This document shows, piece after piece, positions 1 through 10,494 of a stretch of 64,000 bases of DNA. The position numbers were made by a program, and so were the translations under genes. The DNA is from a virus. Taxonomy: Duplodnaviria > Heunggongvirae > Uroviricota > Caudoviricetes. The notes below the pieces were generated by a model. The model did no database searches. It was given only the letters and a program-made list of their open reading frames with translations, and was not told the origin of the DNA. The stretch lies in IMG/VR virus record IMGVR_UViG_2671180747_000017. One strand, written 5' to 3'. Position 1 is the first letter of the stretch; each line of letters starts with the position of its first letter.

Positions 1-105
1 GGTATCCGTGAAGCCGAACAGGATCGCCAGATGAACATACTGACGGGGGCTTCTGCACCGGCAAGACAGAAACTGAGTGTTGGCGGACAACTGGTGGCAG
101 CGTAA
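1..105 (+). CDS. 3' end of a phage gene truncated by the window start
   Basis: Frame-1 open from position 1 to TAA at 103-105; next gene's GGAGG RBS follows immediately. Confidence 0.4.
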   Translation, partial: GIREAEQDRQMNILTGASAPARQKLSVGGQLVAA

Positions 106-114
106 GGAGGAAAT

Positions 115-366
115 ATGGGGTACGGCTTACTGGATATTGCGAATCAGTCACGGCGTGAGGCATTACAGGGAATAAGTGACGCAGACCGACGACGTGAAGA
201 AATTGAGGCTGCGAACAAACAGATGGCGGCGCAACAGAAAGCGCAGAACAAGCAGAATATCGGTACGGGCATTGGTACGGGGGCGGCTATTGGCGCATCC
301 GTTGGTGGTCCTGTTGGTGCTGTTGCTGGAGCAGTAATTGGCGGCATTGCTGGTTCTTTGTTTTAA
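115..366 (+). CDS. Small phage protein with Gly-zipper hydrophobic C-terminal tail (putative membrane/virion-associated)
   Basis: ORF track; GGAGG RBS 8 nt upstream of ATG; C-terminus GTGIGTGAAIGASVGGPVGAVAGAVIGGIAGSLF. Confidence 0.65.
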   Translation: MGYGLLDIANQSRREALQGISDADRRREEIEAANKQMAAQQKAQNKQNIGTGIGTGAAIGASVGGPVGAVAGAVIGGIAGSLF

Positions 367-376
367 GGAGTGGTGA

Positions 377-1642
377 ATGAGCGGATTTGCACAGGGGTTA
401 CTTGCCGGATTCAGCACGGTTGACCAGGCAATGACCCGTCGTAAGGAGCTTGGTCTGCGTGAAGCACAGCTTGCCCGGCAACAGAAAAATAACGAGCGCG
501 ATTTTGAGTTTGCGCAGTCTCAGTTTGAACATAATAAAAACGTTGATCAGCGGAACTTTGATTACAGAGCCAAAGTTGACGACCGTAATTATGCACTGAA
601 GGAAAGGGAGTTTAACGCTAACCAGAATTACCGGAATGCGTCGCTGGGTATGGAGCAGCAGCGACTCCGGATGCAGAAATACAACCAGCGACGGCTTGAG
701 TATAACGATATGCTGGCGCGCGATCAGCCTGTGATGGCGGCGCTTGGAAAGGCTGTGGATGCTGGCGATCGGGATGCAGCAATGCGTCTTTACGGCCAGT
801 TGTCAGAGGGTAATCCGCTGAGGCTGATGGCGAATGATGGCTATGTAGCGAAAGCGGGTCAGGCCGTGAACAACCTGCAAAAAATCTTTGATGACAAGCC
901 AGACAGGGCTATCGCTTCACTTAATACGCCGGAGAATCTTGATGTCCTTTCCGGGGTGTTTGGCCCGGAACTGCAACAGCGTATTGGCATGCCCGATTCA
1001 ACCGGGAAAAAGACGATAAAAGAGGCCAGGATTGGCAGTATAGTACCGGCACAGCAGGAAGGGTACATACTTATCGGCCTTGATCTCACATACAGTGATG
1101 GCTCTACAGCACATAAACCTGTAACAGAATACGGCAGTGCGCACCCTGATGATCAAACCGTGCTGGCGATACCCGTTGATAAGGCTATCGCTCAGGTCAG
1201 GGATCGCAGCAAATTTGCAGAGATATCGAAAAATTATGGTTATTTTATGCCGAAGCAGCAGGGACTTTCTCTGAAAGAGCTTCAGAAGGGGGCCAGCAAC
1301 GTCGCGGCGGACGCGATCAAGAATGGCGGTAATGCACAGGCTGCGGTGGATGAATATTATGCTGCGACTGGTTCACAACCGCATCAACAGAAAATTCAGC
1401 AACAAAAACTTCAGCAACAGGTTATCAACTGGGCGGGAGATGATCCTGATAAGCTGTCATTTGCCAGAAATGTAGCGGCCCGTCAGCCTGAAATGCTGGA
1501 GCCTCAGAATCAGAAATTGCTGGAGAACGGGTATGCGAATTTTCTCCGTATTCAAAAGGCCAGGGGGGAACAGGCCAGAGATGAAAGTGCTTCATCTGCA
1601 TCTCAGTTTATCCGTGGACTGAAACAGAATTACGCCCAGTAA
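377..1642 (+). CDS. Phage protein of unknown function, 421 aa, Gln/Asn/Arg-rich
   Basis: ORF track; AAGGAG RBS upstream; tightly packed after preceding gene; no domain I recognise. Confidence 0.7.
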   Translation: MSGFAQGLLAGFSTVDQAMTRRKELGLREAQLARQQKNNERDFEFAQSQFEHNKNVDQRNFDYRAKVDDRNYALKEREFNANQNYRNASLGMEQQRLRMQKYNQRRLEYNDMLARDQPVMAALGKAVDAGDRDAAMRLYGQLSEGNPLRLMANDGYVAKAGQAVNNLQKIFDDKPDRAIASLNTPENLDVLSGVFGPELQQRIGMPDSTGKKTIKEARIGSIVPAQQEGYILIGLDLTYSDGSTAHKPVTEYGSAHPDDQTVLAIPVDKAIAQVRDRSKFAEISKNYGYFMPKQQGLSLKELQKGASNVAADAIKNGGNAQAAVDEYYAATGSQPHQQKIQQQKLQQQVINWAGDDPDKLSFARNVAARQPEMLEPQNQKLLENGYANFLRIQKARGEQARDESASSASQFIRGLKQNYAQ

Positions 1643-1675
1643 TTCACGATATTCCATTAATACCATTTCCTGATG

Positions 1676-1700
1676 CCCGGCCATTGTGCCGGGTTTTTTT
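1676..1700 (+). terminator. Rho-independent terminator-like hairpin (CCCGGC-loop-GCCGGG then T7)
   Basis: Read directly: 6-bp GC stem, 6-nt loop, 7 consecutive T; lies between the 421-aa gene stop and the giant gene start. Confidence 0.6.
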
Positions 1701-1711
1701 ATGGAGTCTGT

Positions 1712-4700
1712 ATGGCCTATTCAGAGGAACAGCGTCCTGAGGCGCAACTCGGTAACCAGAATCGTAACAGCCTGAACATTCAGCAACCCGGCGAAACTGA
1801 CAGCTATGAAGCATTTTTCTCTGATCCGAATCGCTGGAAGGATAACAGTACGTCGTTCAGCCTGGGCGATGTATTGCCAACAATGGGTAAAGGTTTCGCC
1901 CAGTCCGTCCGGGGAACAGGGGAAATGGCCCGTGGACTCGGTGATGCGATGATTCAGAGCCCGGTAAAAACAGGGGCGCGTATTTTAAATGAGTTCAGCC
2001 GTATGGGGCTGCCGGGTGTCGCAACTGTGCAGGATATTTTTGCCGGTGGCAGCAGGGGGGCTGATGAGGTCATCGATACCCTGCCTGATGGCAAAAACGC
2101 GGTTACTGATACTGTCGGTAAAGGTCTGAAGGCAACCGGTAAGGCTGTCAGTGATGGTGCTGAAGCCACTGATGAATGGCTGACCGGTAAGATGTCGCCG
2201 GGTGCAGTTCGTGCGCTGAATACGCCGATGACCGAAGGCTATGATGATTCTGCGGTCTGGGTGGCGAAGGGTGTAAACCTGATTGGTGCGCTTGTACCTG
2301 ATATGGTTGCTGGCGGTGTGGCTAAAAAGGTGGGTGATGTCACACTGCGAAAAATGCTGACCGCCGGGCTGGAGAAAAAATACATCGCGGCAGGGATGCA
2401 GCCGGAAAGAGCCACGGCACTGGCAGCAGAAGCTGTCGATAAAAAAATGCCGGATTTATTCCAGGCGGGCCTGATCACCCATTCCACAGCCAGTGCACAG
2501 GGGCAGAGTGCAATGGCGGCAGCAGATGCTGTTCTTAATGCGGATTACTCTGAGCTGGCGCAGTCACCGAAATTTCAGCAGACGTTTTTGTCCATTGACG
2601 CCGACCCGCAGCACGCACAGCTTACTGATCGCCAGAAAATGGATCTGGCAAAAGAGCGTGTTGCCGATGAGGTGCGCGCGCAGCTGGCAACCGATCCTGA
2701 ATTGCTGGCTGTGAATGCCATGGCGGCAAAACTGGGTGACGCACAACTGTTTAATCTGGTGACACGAGGCACAGCGAAGACCGTTAAAAGCGGCATTGTC
2801 AGAAATGCCACGGAACAGGGGGCGATTAATGCGGCGCAGGGCGGCTATTCACGCTATCAGGAAAACACGGCATTGCGTGAGACCGCCGGAATGGATGTGT
2901 CACCGTGGGAGGGCGTGGCTGACGCAACGATCGAAGGTGCAGCCTTTGGTGCTGCGATGGGGGCTCCATCCGGTGCGGTTGCCGGATATCGTGGCAGACG
3001 TCAGGCCGCAGAAGAAGCAGCCATGCGTGATGCTGAAACCGTGCAGCAGGACGACGCAGCCCCGCAACCAGAATCTGTTGATCCGGTGGCGCAGCATCGT
3101 GAATCCATGCAGGGGATGAATCGCGAGCAGCTTCTGGAGCAGTATGCTGATGCGGATATGGCAACAGAGGGGGACGCATCCGCAGCTCATCGCCGGGAAG
3201 CTGCCAGCCAGTTGTTGAATGAACTGGACGAACAGGCGAAGCGACAGGCTGTGATGAATGAGCTGAAGGCGAAGCCGCGTTCTGAACTGCTTGAGGAATA
3301 CCGCAGACTCAGCCAGAAAGAGGAGCGCACCGAGACTGAAGAACAACAGTTTCAGGCAATACGAGAAGTCATTCGCCCACAACAGGAAGTGACGCCGGAA
3401 GCACAGTCACAGCCTGAAAATGCGGAGGATGGTAACGGGAGCATTTACCCGACGGTGCGGTTCCGGGACCCGAATGAAGTCCGCATTGAAATTAACGGGA
3501 ATGGTGCGTCCAGACCAGCGGAACGCATTGAAAAGGTGCGCCCGGACAACCGTTATTTCACGGATGAGAAAAGCGCCATGGGGAGTGATGTTTTCCGTAA
3601 TGCCGCCGCCACCGGCCTGAAACCGTCCGTAGTGAAGAAAGGCGAGACTCAATATGCTGTTGAAATGGATAATCCTGCGTTCTCTGAAGATGTGGCAACG
3701 GAAACCATTAACACCCTGGCTGACGGAGAGCGTATTGCTGATGCTGACCCGATGGAGCAGCCCGCGTTCATGCGTGACCCACGATTCCGTGGTTTCACGG
3801 GGGATGATACGGAGGTACAGGCCCGCCTTGCCCGTGGCAACGTGCCGACGGCAGAGGAGCTTGTACGTTCACAGATGGCTGAAGGTGATGCCGGTCCGAC
3901 AGCACAGGAGTTAACTGAGCGTCCACGCCTGCCCGCTCCCGGCGATATTCATCCCGGACAGGGATATCCGTTACCGGGAGAGGTGGCGCGTACGCCGGAT
4001 GAGAATCAGGCAGGACGTGGTGGTCGTTTTACCACAACCGGTGAGGTTAAGGGCCAGAGTTTCCAGAAAGGACAAGCTCTGGCACCGGAAAACGCCGCTG
4101 GTCGCCAGGGGGAAACACTCGAGGGTGAAATGGTTCGTCGTGGTCTGCCGTCACCGGATGCGCAGAACGCGACAGCACCGGTACGTGAAGGGCTACCGGC
4201 TCCGGACATTACACACAATGTCCGTATGCCTCAGCCTGATCAGCTTCCCCGAACTGTTCGTAACTCATTGCCTGAGCTCGCACAGCAGGCAGAAGTACGT
4301 CGACAGGCCGGAGGAAATCGTGACATCCCGCAGCCTGAGACAATCGCACCTGAATCTGAAACAACAGTCGCTACTGACAGGGAAGCTACCGTGCGCGGAG
4401 GTGAAGTCAGGGGCAAAAAAATTGAAGACTTTGGTGAAGAAATTAAGGGCGCGGCAAAACACCGTTATGCACAGCTTGCTGAAACACTGGGTAAAACGCT
4501 GGAAGACAGGGATTATGTCACGCAACCGCTGAGCAAACTGTTCCCGAAACCGGACTACGCAAAACTGGCGAGCGAAGGGGCTGATGCTGACACCCTGGCA
4601 ATGATAGCGCTGTATCGTAGCGATATTCCGGTGAAGACGAAACACAATACGGCAGGCTGGGGGGAGAGCGTAAAAAAAGTACGACACAGTGTATCGGAAA

Positions 4701-7700
4701 TGCTGAACGGAACGGTCAGCGCGAAACGCCTCGCAGAATGGATGGAAGGCAGAATGCCCTCCCGTTACGCGGACACCTGGCAACTGTTACGCACTCTGCC
4801 ACCCTCACAGATGGACAAGGCTTCTGCTTATCGGGTGGTATCGGGTGTGTATCAGGCGGCAGGAGGGAAGCGTTACGATCCGCCACAGAAACTTTATTCA
4901 CTGCGCAATAAGGACAATAAGGGGAGTAACCTCTTTTTCTCGGAAAGCAGGGATGAATTACTGGCAAAGGCGAAAGTCTGGTTTGCAGAGCAGGAGGAAA
5001 AATCACAGGCGAAAGGTGATGAAAAAACAGCACCGTCTCCGGATGACAAAATCCGCTTTGACGTTTACCGGAATACCCGCAGTGGCGATATTTTTATCGC
5101 TTACGGTAAAAACAAAATGCGGGTGAGAGGTGGCTTTAAGTCAGCCAGTGATGCGCGTAAGTACATTGATTTACATCGTGATGAGCTTGTTCGTCATGTG
5201 AAGGAGATGCGGGAGATTTCGCGTGAGGAGCAGCGCAACGCCACCAACCGCGACCGTACCGGACCAGAACGCCGCAAGGGGGATGTTTCACCGGAGCAGT
5301 TCAGTGATGCGTTTGGTTTTCGTGGTGTGCAGTTTGGTAATTATGTGGAAAGTCCGCGTCGTCAGGCTGATTTGAACCGGGCTTATGACTCGCTGCATGA
5401 CCTGGCTGACGTGCTGAATGTACCGACAAAAGCGCTTTCTCTGAACGGTCGTCTTGGGCTTGCTTTTGGTGCCCGTGGTAAGGGTAAGGCGGCGGCACAC
5501 TATGAGTCAGGTGAGGTGGCAATCAACCTGACAAAAGGTAACGGACCGGGTGCGCTGGCGCACGAATGGTTCCATTCTCTGGATAATTATTTTGGTCGTT
5601 ATGACGTTTCCAGTGACGGGAAAATTACGTCAGGTGGCGACTTTATGACGGAAGCACAGCGTGTCAGGCGCATATTTAAAGACGGCAGGTATGTTGATGC
5701 TGAATATCCGGTACGTCAGGAGGTTTACGACGCTTTTAAAGGTGTGATTCAGGCCATTAAAAACAGTGACATGCCGCGTCGTTCAGCGCTTCTTGATGAG
5801 GTGCGCTCAAAACCGTACTGGTCAACGGATGTTGAAATGGCGGCACGTGCCTTTGAGCGTTATGTTCAGGATAAGGCGCGTATGGCTGGCGTGGAGAATG
5901 ATTATCTGGTCAATATCCGTAAGGCACCTGAGCACAACACAGATAACACCTACGCTTATCCGACGAATGCGGAACTGGATGGCGGTATTCGTGAGGCATT
6001 CGATCACCTGTTCCGCACCCTGAAAACCCGTGAGACGGACAAGGGCGTTGCGTTTTATTCCCGTAAGGGCATGACCCGCACACCTGAAGGTAATCTCATT
6101 TCGGATGTTAACCGTAGTGCGGAAGCCAAAGGCAGCCCGGTCCCGCAGGTTGAAGCGGTTGCCCGTGGCGTGATGAGCGGCATTAAGGACAGTGACCTGA
6201 CGGTCCGTGTGGTGAAGTCACAGAAAGAGGCTGAAGCGCTGGCGGGTGAATCGTTCGACGGTTACGGCAGGGTGCACGCATTCTATCGTCCGGATAAACG
6301 AGAAATTGTCCTGGTGGCGGATAACATCCCTGACGGGCAGACCGTACGCGAGAAGTTGCGTCACGAGATTATCCACCATGCCATGGAGCATGTTGTCACG
6401 CCAGCGGAATATCAGACGATTATCAAAACCGTGCTGAAAACCCGCGACAGTGATAACGCCACCATCCGTGAAGCCTGGCGTAAGGTTGATGCGTCCTATG
6501 GTAAGGAATCACCGGAAGTACAGGCGGGTGAATTTCTGGCACATATGGCGGAGAAACAGCCGAATAAATTCGTGGCGGCATGGGAGCGTGTTGTTGCCCT
6601 GGTCAAAGGGGTACTGCGTCGTACGGGGTTACTGAAGCCGACGGAACTGAACGATATCAGACTTGTTCGCGAGACCATCCGTACGTTAGGCCAGCGTGTG
6701 CGGGAAGGTTACACGCCGCGTGAGGATGGCGTGGGCGCATCGTCTCAGTACTCCCGTAGTGGTAAGCCTGATCCGTTCAAAGTGCCGGAAGGTGAGGGTG
6801 AACGTTATCGCGATGACCTTGCCAGAATGATGAAATCTCTGCGTACCACAGATTTAACGGTAAACATCGGGCGTACGCCGCCGGTATTGCGTCACCTTGG
6901 TGCACCGGATTTGCCGCTGGTTATTTCCCGCGATACTGTGCGGAAGGCCACCAATGGTGTGAAACATGTGGTGCCGATGGATGTTATCGAGAGACTACCG
7001 GAACTGATGCACGATCCGGATGCAATTTACCGCTCAGCGACAGAAAGAAATGCGGTTGTGATGCTGCTTGATGCCGTGGATAAAAATGGTGATCCGGTAG
7101 TGTCTGCGGTGCATATGAAGGCAACCCAAAAACTTCTGGAAGTTAACCGTATTGCTTCTGTTTACGGAACGGAAAACGGGAAAAAACTGAAGAGTATGGA
7201 AACGGCTGGCTTAACATTATACAGGAGAGAAAAACTAAACCCTGATGGTTCTCTGTACAGAGGGCTCCAATTGCCCAAAGATGAGCACTCCCGTCAGGGT
7301 TCTGCGGATAAAATACTCTATCCTGAAGATATTCGCAAGGGGCCGTATTACTCCCGTACCAGCAGTCTGACACCGGAAGAGACAATTGCATCGCGTTTTG
7401 TGCGCCAGATGCAGGATAAATTCCAGGTGCTGAAAGCTGTTCAGGAGAATATCCGTAAAACTGGTGGAAAAATAGACGACAGTAACAACGCTTATATGGC
7501 GGAAGAACTCTTCCACGGGAAGGCGGAAAACGACCTGAACGTGATGAAGGAGCGCTACGTTCAGCCACTGGCTAAATTACTGGCGGACTACAAAATTGCG
7601 CAGGCCGATCTGGATGAGTACCTCTACGCCCGTCACGCGCCGGAACGTAACGCGCATATCGCGAAAATCAACCCGAAAATGCCGGACGGCGGTTCGGGGA

Positions 7701-10093
7701 TGACCAACGCGGAGGCGGCGGAAATCATGCAGCGTGTACGTAACAGCGGCAAACAGGCACAGTATGACCGTCTGGCAGGGATTGTTGACGATATGCTGGC
7801 CCGTCGCCGTGAGCTTATCCGTGAGGCAGGACTGGAAGAGAGCGGCGTGGTGGATGCCTGGCAGAAAGCCTACCGTTACTACGTTCCCCTGAAAGGGCAG
7901 GATGTTGACGGTGTGGTGTCACTGCCACGTACAGGCAAGGGATTCACCATCGGCGGGCGTGAAAGTAAGCAGGCCATGGGGCGCGCATCCCGCGCACAGT
8001 CTCCTTCCACTCAGGCGATACAGGATTTGAGCGAATCACTGATCCGCAATCGCAAAAATGAAGTGGGTAACGCCTTCCTGAAACTGGTACAGGATAATCC
8101 CGACAAGGATTACTGGCAGGTATTCACCGATGACAGACCGGATACCATGCGGACGATTGCAGAGCGCAAGGACAAGGAAACTGGTGAAACCATTCGCGAA
8201 GTTGTCGAACGCCCTGTACCGATGGCAATGATGGCAGACCGGTACTTCACCACCAAAAAGAACGGCAAAACGTACTACATCAAACTCCATGATCCGCGCC
8301 TGATGCGTGCGATGAAGAATATGGGACCGGAAACCAGTAACGCCGTAATCCGCACGCTGGGGAAAGTTAACCGCTTCCTGGCAACGGTGAACACGTCGTA
8401 TAACCCGGAATTCCTGGTCAGTAACTTCATCCGTGACGTACAGACGGCGGTGATGAACCTGAAGGCGGAGCAGGGAAGGAGCGACGGCAAACTGAAAGGG
8501 CTGGATAACTTATCCGCACTGGCTGTGGTGAAAGACAGTCGGTCTGCCATGTCTGCCGTATACGCCAGTCTGCGTGGTAAAACCCTCACGGGCAACGGTG
8601 CGCAGTGGCAGAAGGTGTGGAAAGAGTTTGTTGAGGACGGAGGTAAAACCGGCTGGTTTAACATGGGTGACCTTGAAGGCCAGCAGAAGGAAATGGATCG
8701 CCTTGTATCGCTGGCGAAGGGAGGATGGAAAGGCCAGAGTATCGGTGCATGGAATTCGTTCCTTAACCTTGTCGAGGATGCCAACGGGGCGGTTGAAAAC
8801 GCTCTGCGTCTTTCTGCCTATAAACACGCCCGTGATGCCGGTTTGTCACGCCAGCAGGCGGCGTCTCTTGCCAAAAACATGACGGTGAACTTTAACCGTC
8901 GTGGTGAGCAGGGGGCGCTGATGAACTCGCTGTACATGTTCGCCAACGCCAGTATTCAGGGAACGGCAAATCTGGTGAGAACGCTCGGACATCTTAATGG
9001 TGAGGGACCTTTACTGGAGCGCCTTCGCTGGAAGAATCTGAATGTTCCGCAGAAAATCGCGCTTGCCGCTGTGGGAGCGGGTTATCTGCTTGGCTCGCTT
9101 AACCGCAGCGTGGCGGGTGAGGATGATGACGGGGTTAACTGGTATGACAAAGTACCGTCTCATGTGAAAGAGCGTAACCTCGTCATTATGAAATCGGTGT
9201 TCGGGGGCAAGGCCGGAGAGTACTGGAGTATTCCTCTGCCTTACGGGTACAACGTTTTCTTCCTGCTTGGTCACACAGCCGAAGGGGTGGCAGCGGGCGA
9301 CCTGACCGCTTCACGTGCTGCCGGTAATGTTGTTGGTGGTGTGCTTGGGGCATTCAGTCCTGTGGGCAGTGAAACGTCGGAAACACTGTCCGGGGCATTG
9401 CTGAAAAATGCAGCGCCGACCATTCTGCGTCCGTTTGCGAACCTTGCCATGAATGAAAACTTCATGGGGGCGCAGATTTACCAGGAGAACATGCCGTTTG
9501 GTACACCAAAACCTGACAGCCAGCTGGGAAGACGTTCAACGCCAGAAGCGTACAAGGCGTTTGCATCCTGGCTGAATGCGTTCTCAGGTGGCAGCCAGTA
9601 CCGTCCCGGCGCGGTGGATATCACACCGGAATCGCTGAAATTCTGGATTGACTATATCTCCGGAGGGACAGGGCGCTTCATTTCCAAAACCACGGATGCG
9701 GCGGTGAAATCGCTGAATGGTATTGATATACCGGAACAGCAGGTGCCCTTCCTGGGGAAAATTTCGGGGGAGGTGATGCCGTATGCAGACCAGCAGAAGA
9801 TGTACGACCGGATGACAGAGATTGCGCAGTATCACGCAGAGCTGAAGAGTCTGACCGGTGCAGAAAGAACGGCGTTCATTGACGAGAACAACGGAAAATT
9901 GTCGATGAACGGGCTTATGCAGGATACCCGGAAGAGACTGAAGGATTTGCGTAAACAGCGTGATGCCATTTATGCCGACAGTTCTCTCAGTCTGGCGCAG
10001 CAGGCGGCGATAGTGAAATCGGTAGAGCGGGATATGAAGGTTGCCGTGGATCGCTTTAACCGCGAGTACAACAAAAAAGTGGGAGTGGATTAA
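1712..10093 (+). CDS. Giant phage protein (about 2793 aa) with HExxH zincin-like metallopeptidase motif; polyvalent/virion-associated type protein (function inferred)
   Basis: Single uninterrupted 8.4-kb ORF; ATG at 1712 chosen because the track start 1673 lies inside the upstream terminator hairpin; motif GALAHEWFHSLDNYFG; long Ala/Glu/Gln low-complexity stretches. Confidence 0.8.
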   Translation: MAYSEEQRPEAQLGNQNRNSLNIQQPGETDSYEAFFSDPNRWKDNSTSFSLGDVLPTMGKGFAQSVRGTGEMARGLGDAMIQSPVKTGARILNEFSRMGLPGVATVQDIFAGGSRGADEVIDTLPDGKNAVTDTVGKGLKATGKAVSDGAEATDEWLTGKMSPGAVRALNTPMTEGYDDSAVWVAKGVNLIGALVPDMVAGGVAKKVGDVTLRKMLTAGLEKKYIAAGMQPERATALAAEAVDKKMPDLFQAGLITHSTASAQGQSAMAAADAVLNADYSELAQSPKFQQTFLSIDADPQHAQLTDRQKMDLAKERVADEVRAQLATDPELLAVNAMAAKLGDAQLFNLVTRGTAKTVKSGIVRNATEQGAINAAQGGYSRYQENTALRETAGMDVSPWEGVADATIEGAAFGAAMGAPSGAVAGYRGRRQAAEEAAMRDAETVQQDDAAPQPESVDPVAQHRESMQGMNREQLLEQYADADMATEGDASAAHRREAASQLLNELDEQAKRQAVMNELKAKPRSELLEEYRRLSQKEERTETEEQQFQAIREVIRPQQEVTPEAQSQPENAEDGNGSIYPTVRFRDPNEVRIEINGNGASRPAERIEKVRPDNRYFTDEKSAMGSDVFRNAAATGLKPSVVKKGETQYAVEMDNPAFSEDVATETINTLADGERIADADPMEQPAFMRDPRFRGFTGDDTEVQARLARGNVPTAEELVRSQMAEGDAGPTAQELTERPRLPAPGDIHPGQGYPLPGEVARTPDENQAGRGGRFTTTGEVKGQSFQKGQALAPENAAGRQGETLEGEMVRRGLPSPDAQNATAPVREGLPAPDITHNVRMPQPDQLPRTVRNSLPELAQQAEVRRQAGGNRDIPQPETIAPESETTVATDREATVRGGEVRGKKIEDFGEEIKGAAKHRYAQLAETLGKTLEDRDYVTQPLSKLFPKPDYAKLASEGADADTLAMIALYRSDIPVKTKHNTAGWGESVKKVRHSVSEMLNGTVSAKRLAEWMEGRMPSRYADTWQLLRTLPPSQMDKASAYRVVSGVYQAAGGKRYDPPQKLYSLRNKDNKGSNLFFSESRDELLAKAKVWFAEQEEKSQAKGDEKTAPSPDDKIRFDVYRNTRSGDIFIAYGKNKMRVRGGFKSASDARKYIDLHRDELVRHVKEMREISREEQRNATNRDRTGPERRKGDVSPEQFSDAFGFRGVQFGNYVESPRRQADLNRAYDSLHDLADVLNVPTKALSLNGRLGLAFGARGKGKAAAHYESGEVAINLTKGNGPGALAHEWFHSLDNYFGRYDVSSDGKITSGGDFMTEAQRVRRIFKDGRYVDAEYPVRQEVYDAFKGVIQAIKNSDMPRRSALLDEVRSKPYWSTDVEMAARAFERYVQDKARMAGVENDYLVNIRKAPEHNTDNTYAYPTNAELDGGIREAFDHLFRTLKTRETDKGVAFYSRKGMTRTPEGNLISDVNRSAEAKGSPVPQVEAVARGVMSGIKDSDLTVRVVKSQKEAEALAGESFDGYGRVHAFYRPDKREIVLVADNIPDGQTVREKLRHEIIHHAMEHVVTPAEYQTIIKTVLKTRDSDNATIREAWRKVDASYGKESPEVQAGEFLAHMAEKQPNKFVAAWERVVALVKGVLRRTGLLKPTELNDIRLVRETIRTLGQRVREGYTPREDGVGASSQYSRSGKPDPFKVPEGEGERYRDDLARMMKSLRTTDLTVNIGRTPPVLRHLGAPDLPLVISRDTVRKATNGVKHVVPMDVIERLPELMHDPDAIYRSATERNAVVMLLDAVDKNGDPVVSAVHMKATQKLLEVNRIASVYGTENGKKLKSMETAGLTLYRREKLNPDGSLYRGLQLPKDEHSRQGSADKILYPEDIRKGPYYSRTSSLTPEETIASRFVRQMQDKFQVLKAVQENIRKTGGKIDDSNNAYMAEELFHGKAENDLNVMKERYVQPLAKLLADYKIAQADLDEYLYARHAPERNAHIAKINPKMPDGGSGMTNAEAAEIMQRVRNSGKQAQYDRLAGIVDDMLARRRELIREAGLEESGVVDAWQKAYRYYVPLKGQDVDGVVSLPRTGKGFTIGGRESKQAMGRASRAQSPSTQAIQDLSESLIRNRKNEVGNAFLKLVQDNPDKDYWQVFTDDRPDTMRTIAERKDKETGETIREVVERPVPMAMMADRYFTTKKNGKTYYIKLHDPRLMRAMKNMGPETSNAVIRTLGKVNRFLATVNTSYNPEFLVSNFIRDVQTAVMNLKAEQGRSDGKLKGLDNLSALAVVKDSRSAMSAVYASLRGKTLTGNGAQWQKVWKEFVEDGGKTGWFNMGDLEGQQKEMDRLVSLAKGGWKGQSIGAWNSFLNLVEDANGAVENALRLSAYKHARDAGLSRQQAASLAKNMTVNFNRRGEQGALMNSLYMFANASIQGTANLVRTLGHLNGEGPLLERLRWKNLNVPQKIALAAVGAGYLLGSLNRSVAGEDDDGVNWYDKVPSHVKERNLVIMKSVFGGKAGEYWSIPLPYGYNVFFLLGHTAEGVAAGDLTASRAAGNVVGGVLGAFSPVGSETSETLSGALLKNAAPTILRPFANLAMNENFMGAQIYQENMPFGTPKPDSQLGRRSTPEAYKAFASWLNAFSGGSQYRPGAVDITPESLKFWIDYISGGTGRFISKTTDAAVKSLNGIDIPEQQVPFLGKISGEVMPYADQQKMYDRMTEIAQYHAELKSLTGAERTAFIDENNGKLSMNGLMQDTRKRLKDLRKQRDAIYADSSLSLAQQAAIVKSVERDMKVAVDRFNREYNKKVGVD

Positions 10094-10101
10094 CAGAAAT
10101 G

Positions 10102-10123
10102 GCCCCGTACGGAAGTGCGGGGC
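10102..10123. terminator. Stable hairpin after giant gene at convergent gene junction, no U-tract
   Basis: GCCCCGTAC-GGAA-GTGCGGGGC 9-bp stem read directly, 9 nt after stop codon. Confidence 0.3.
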
Positions 10124-10216
10124 TGATTAAGGAATAAACACACATTAACCTGTAATAACCGGAGCTATTAACATATAGTCAGAAAGAGTATTTCATGTGA
10201 GACAGAGAGCCGATTT

Positions 10217-10408
10217 ATGTTTAATGAAGAAAAAGTTGCGCAAATGGCAGCGTATTTGCTGAAAAAGCATGGCGGATCTATGCGTTTCATTAAGCTGATG
10301 AAGCTGATGTATCTCTCTGACCGCAAAGCAATGGAGTCTTTAACCGGGAAGGGGAGAGGTTTGAATGCTCCCCCACAATTCCCCGGCATCAAATCTCCAT
10401 GCAGGTGA
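10217..10408 (+). pseudogene. Possible N-terminal remnant of a Panacea (DUF4065)-like gene
   Basis: 63-aa ORF with KLMKLMYLSDRKAMESLTGK pattern recalled from Panacea-domain N-termini; ends abruptly; sits alone between convergent operons. Confidence 0.25.
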
Positions 10409-10494
10409 ACTATTTTACCCCCAGCGGCAAATCGCAAAAACAATCAGTGCGATCGAAATGGCAGCCACTACAATTGCAAATGCTTCAGGCTAGG

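Noticed and set aside
144-417. Minus-strand ORFs (144..347, 163..417) opposite the small Gly-zipper gene
   Set aside because: Antisense to a well-supported gene with an RBS; Ala/Pro-rich translation is what the reverse complement of a Gly/Ala-rich gene gives.
1954-9835. Many 60-170 aa ORFs on both strands inside the giant gene (for example 2900..3382, 4265..4783, 7143..7568, 8275..8784)
   Set aside because: All are nested in or antisense to the single long frame; no RBSs; the long ORF is overwhelmingly more probable.
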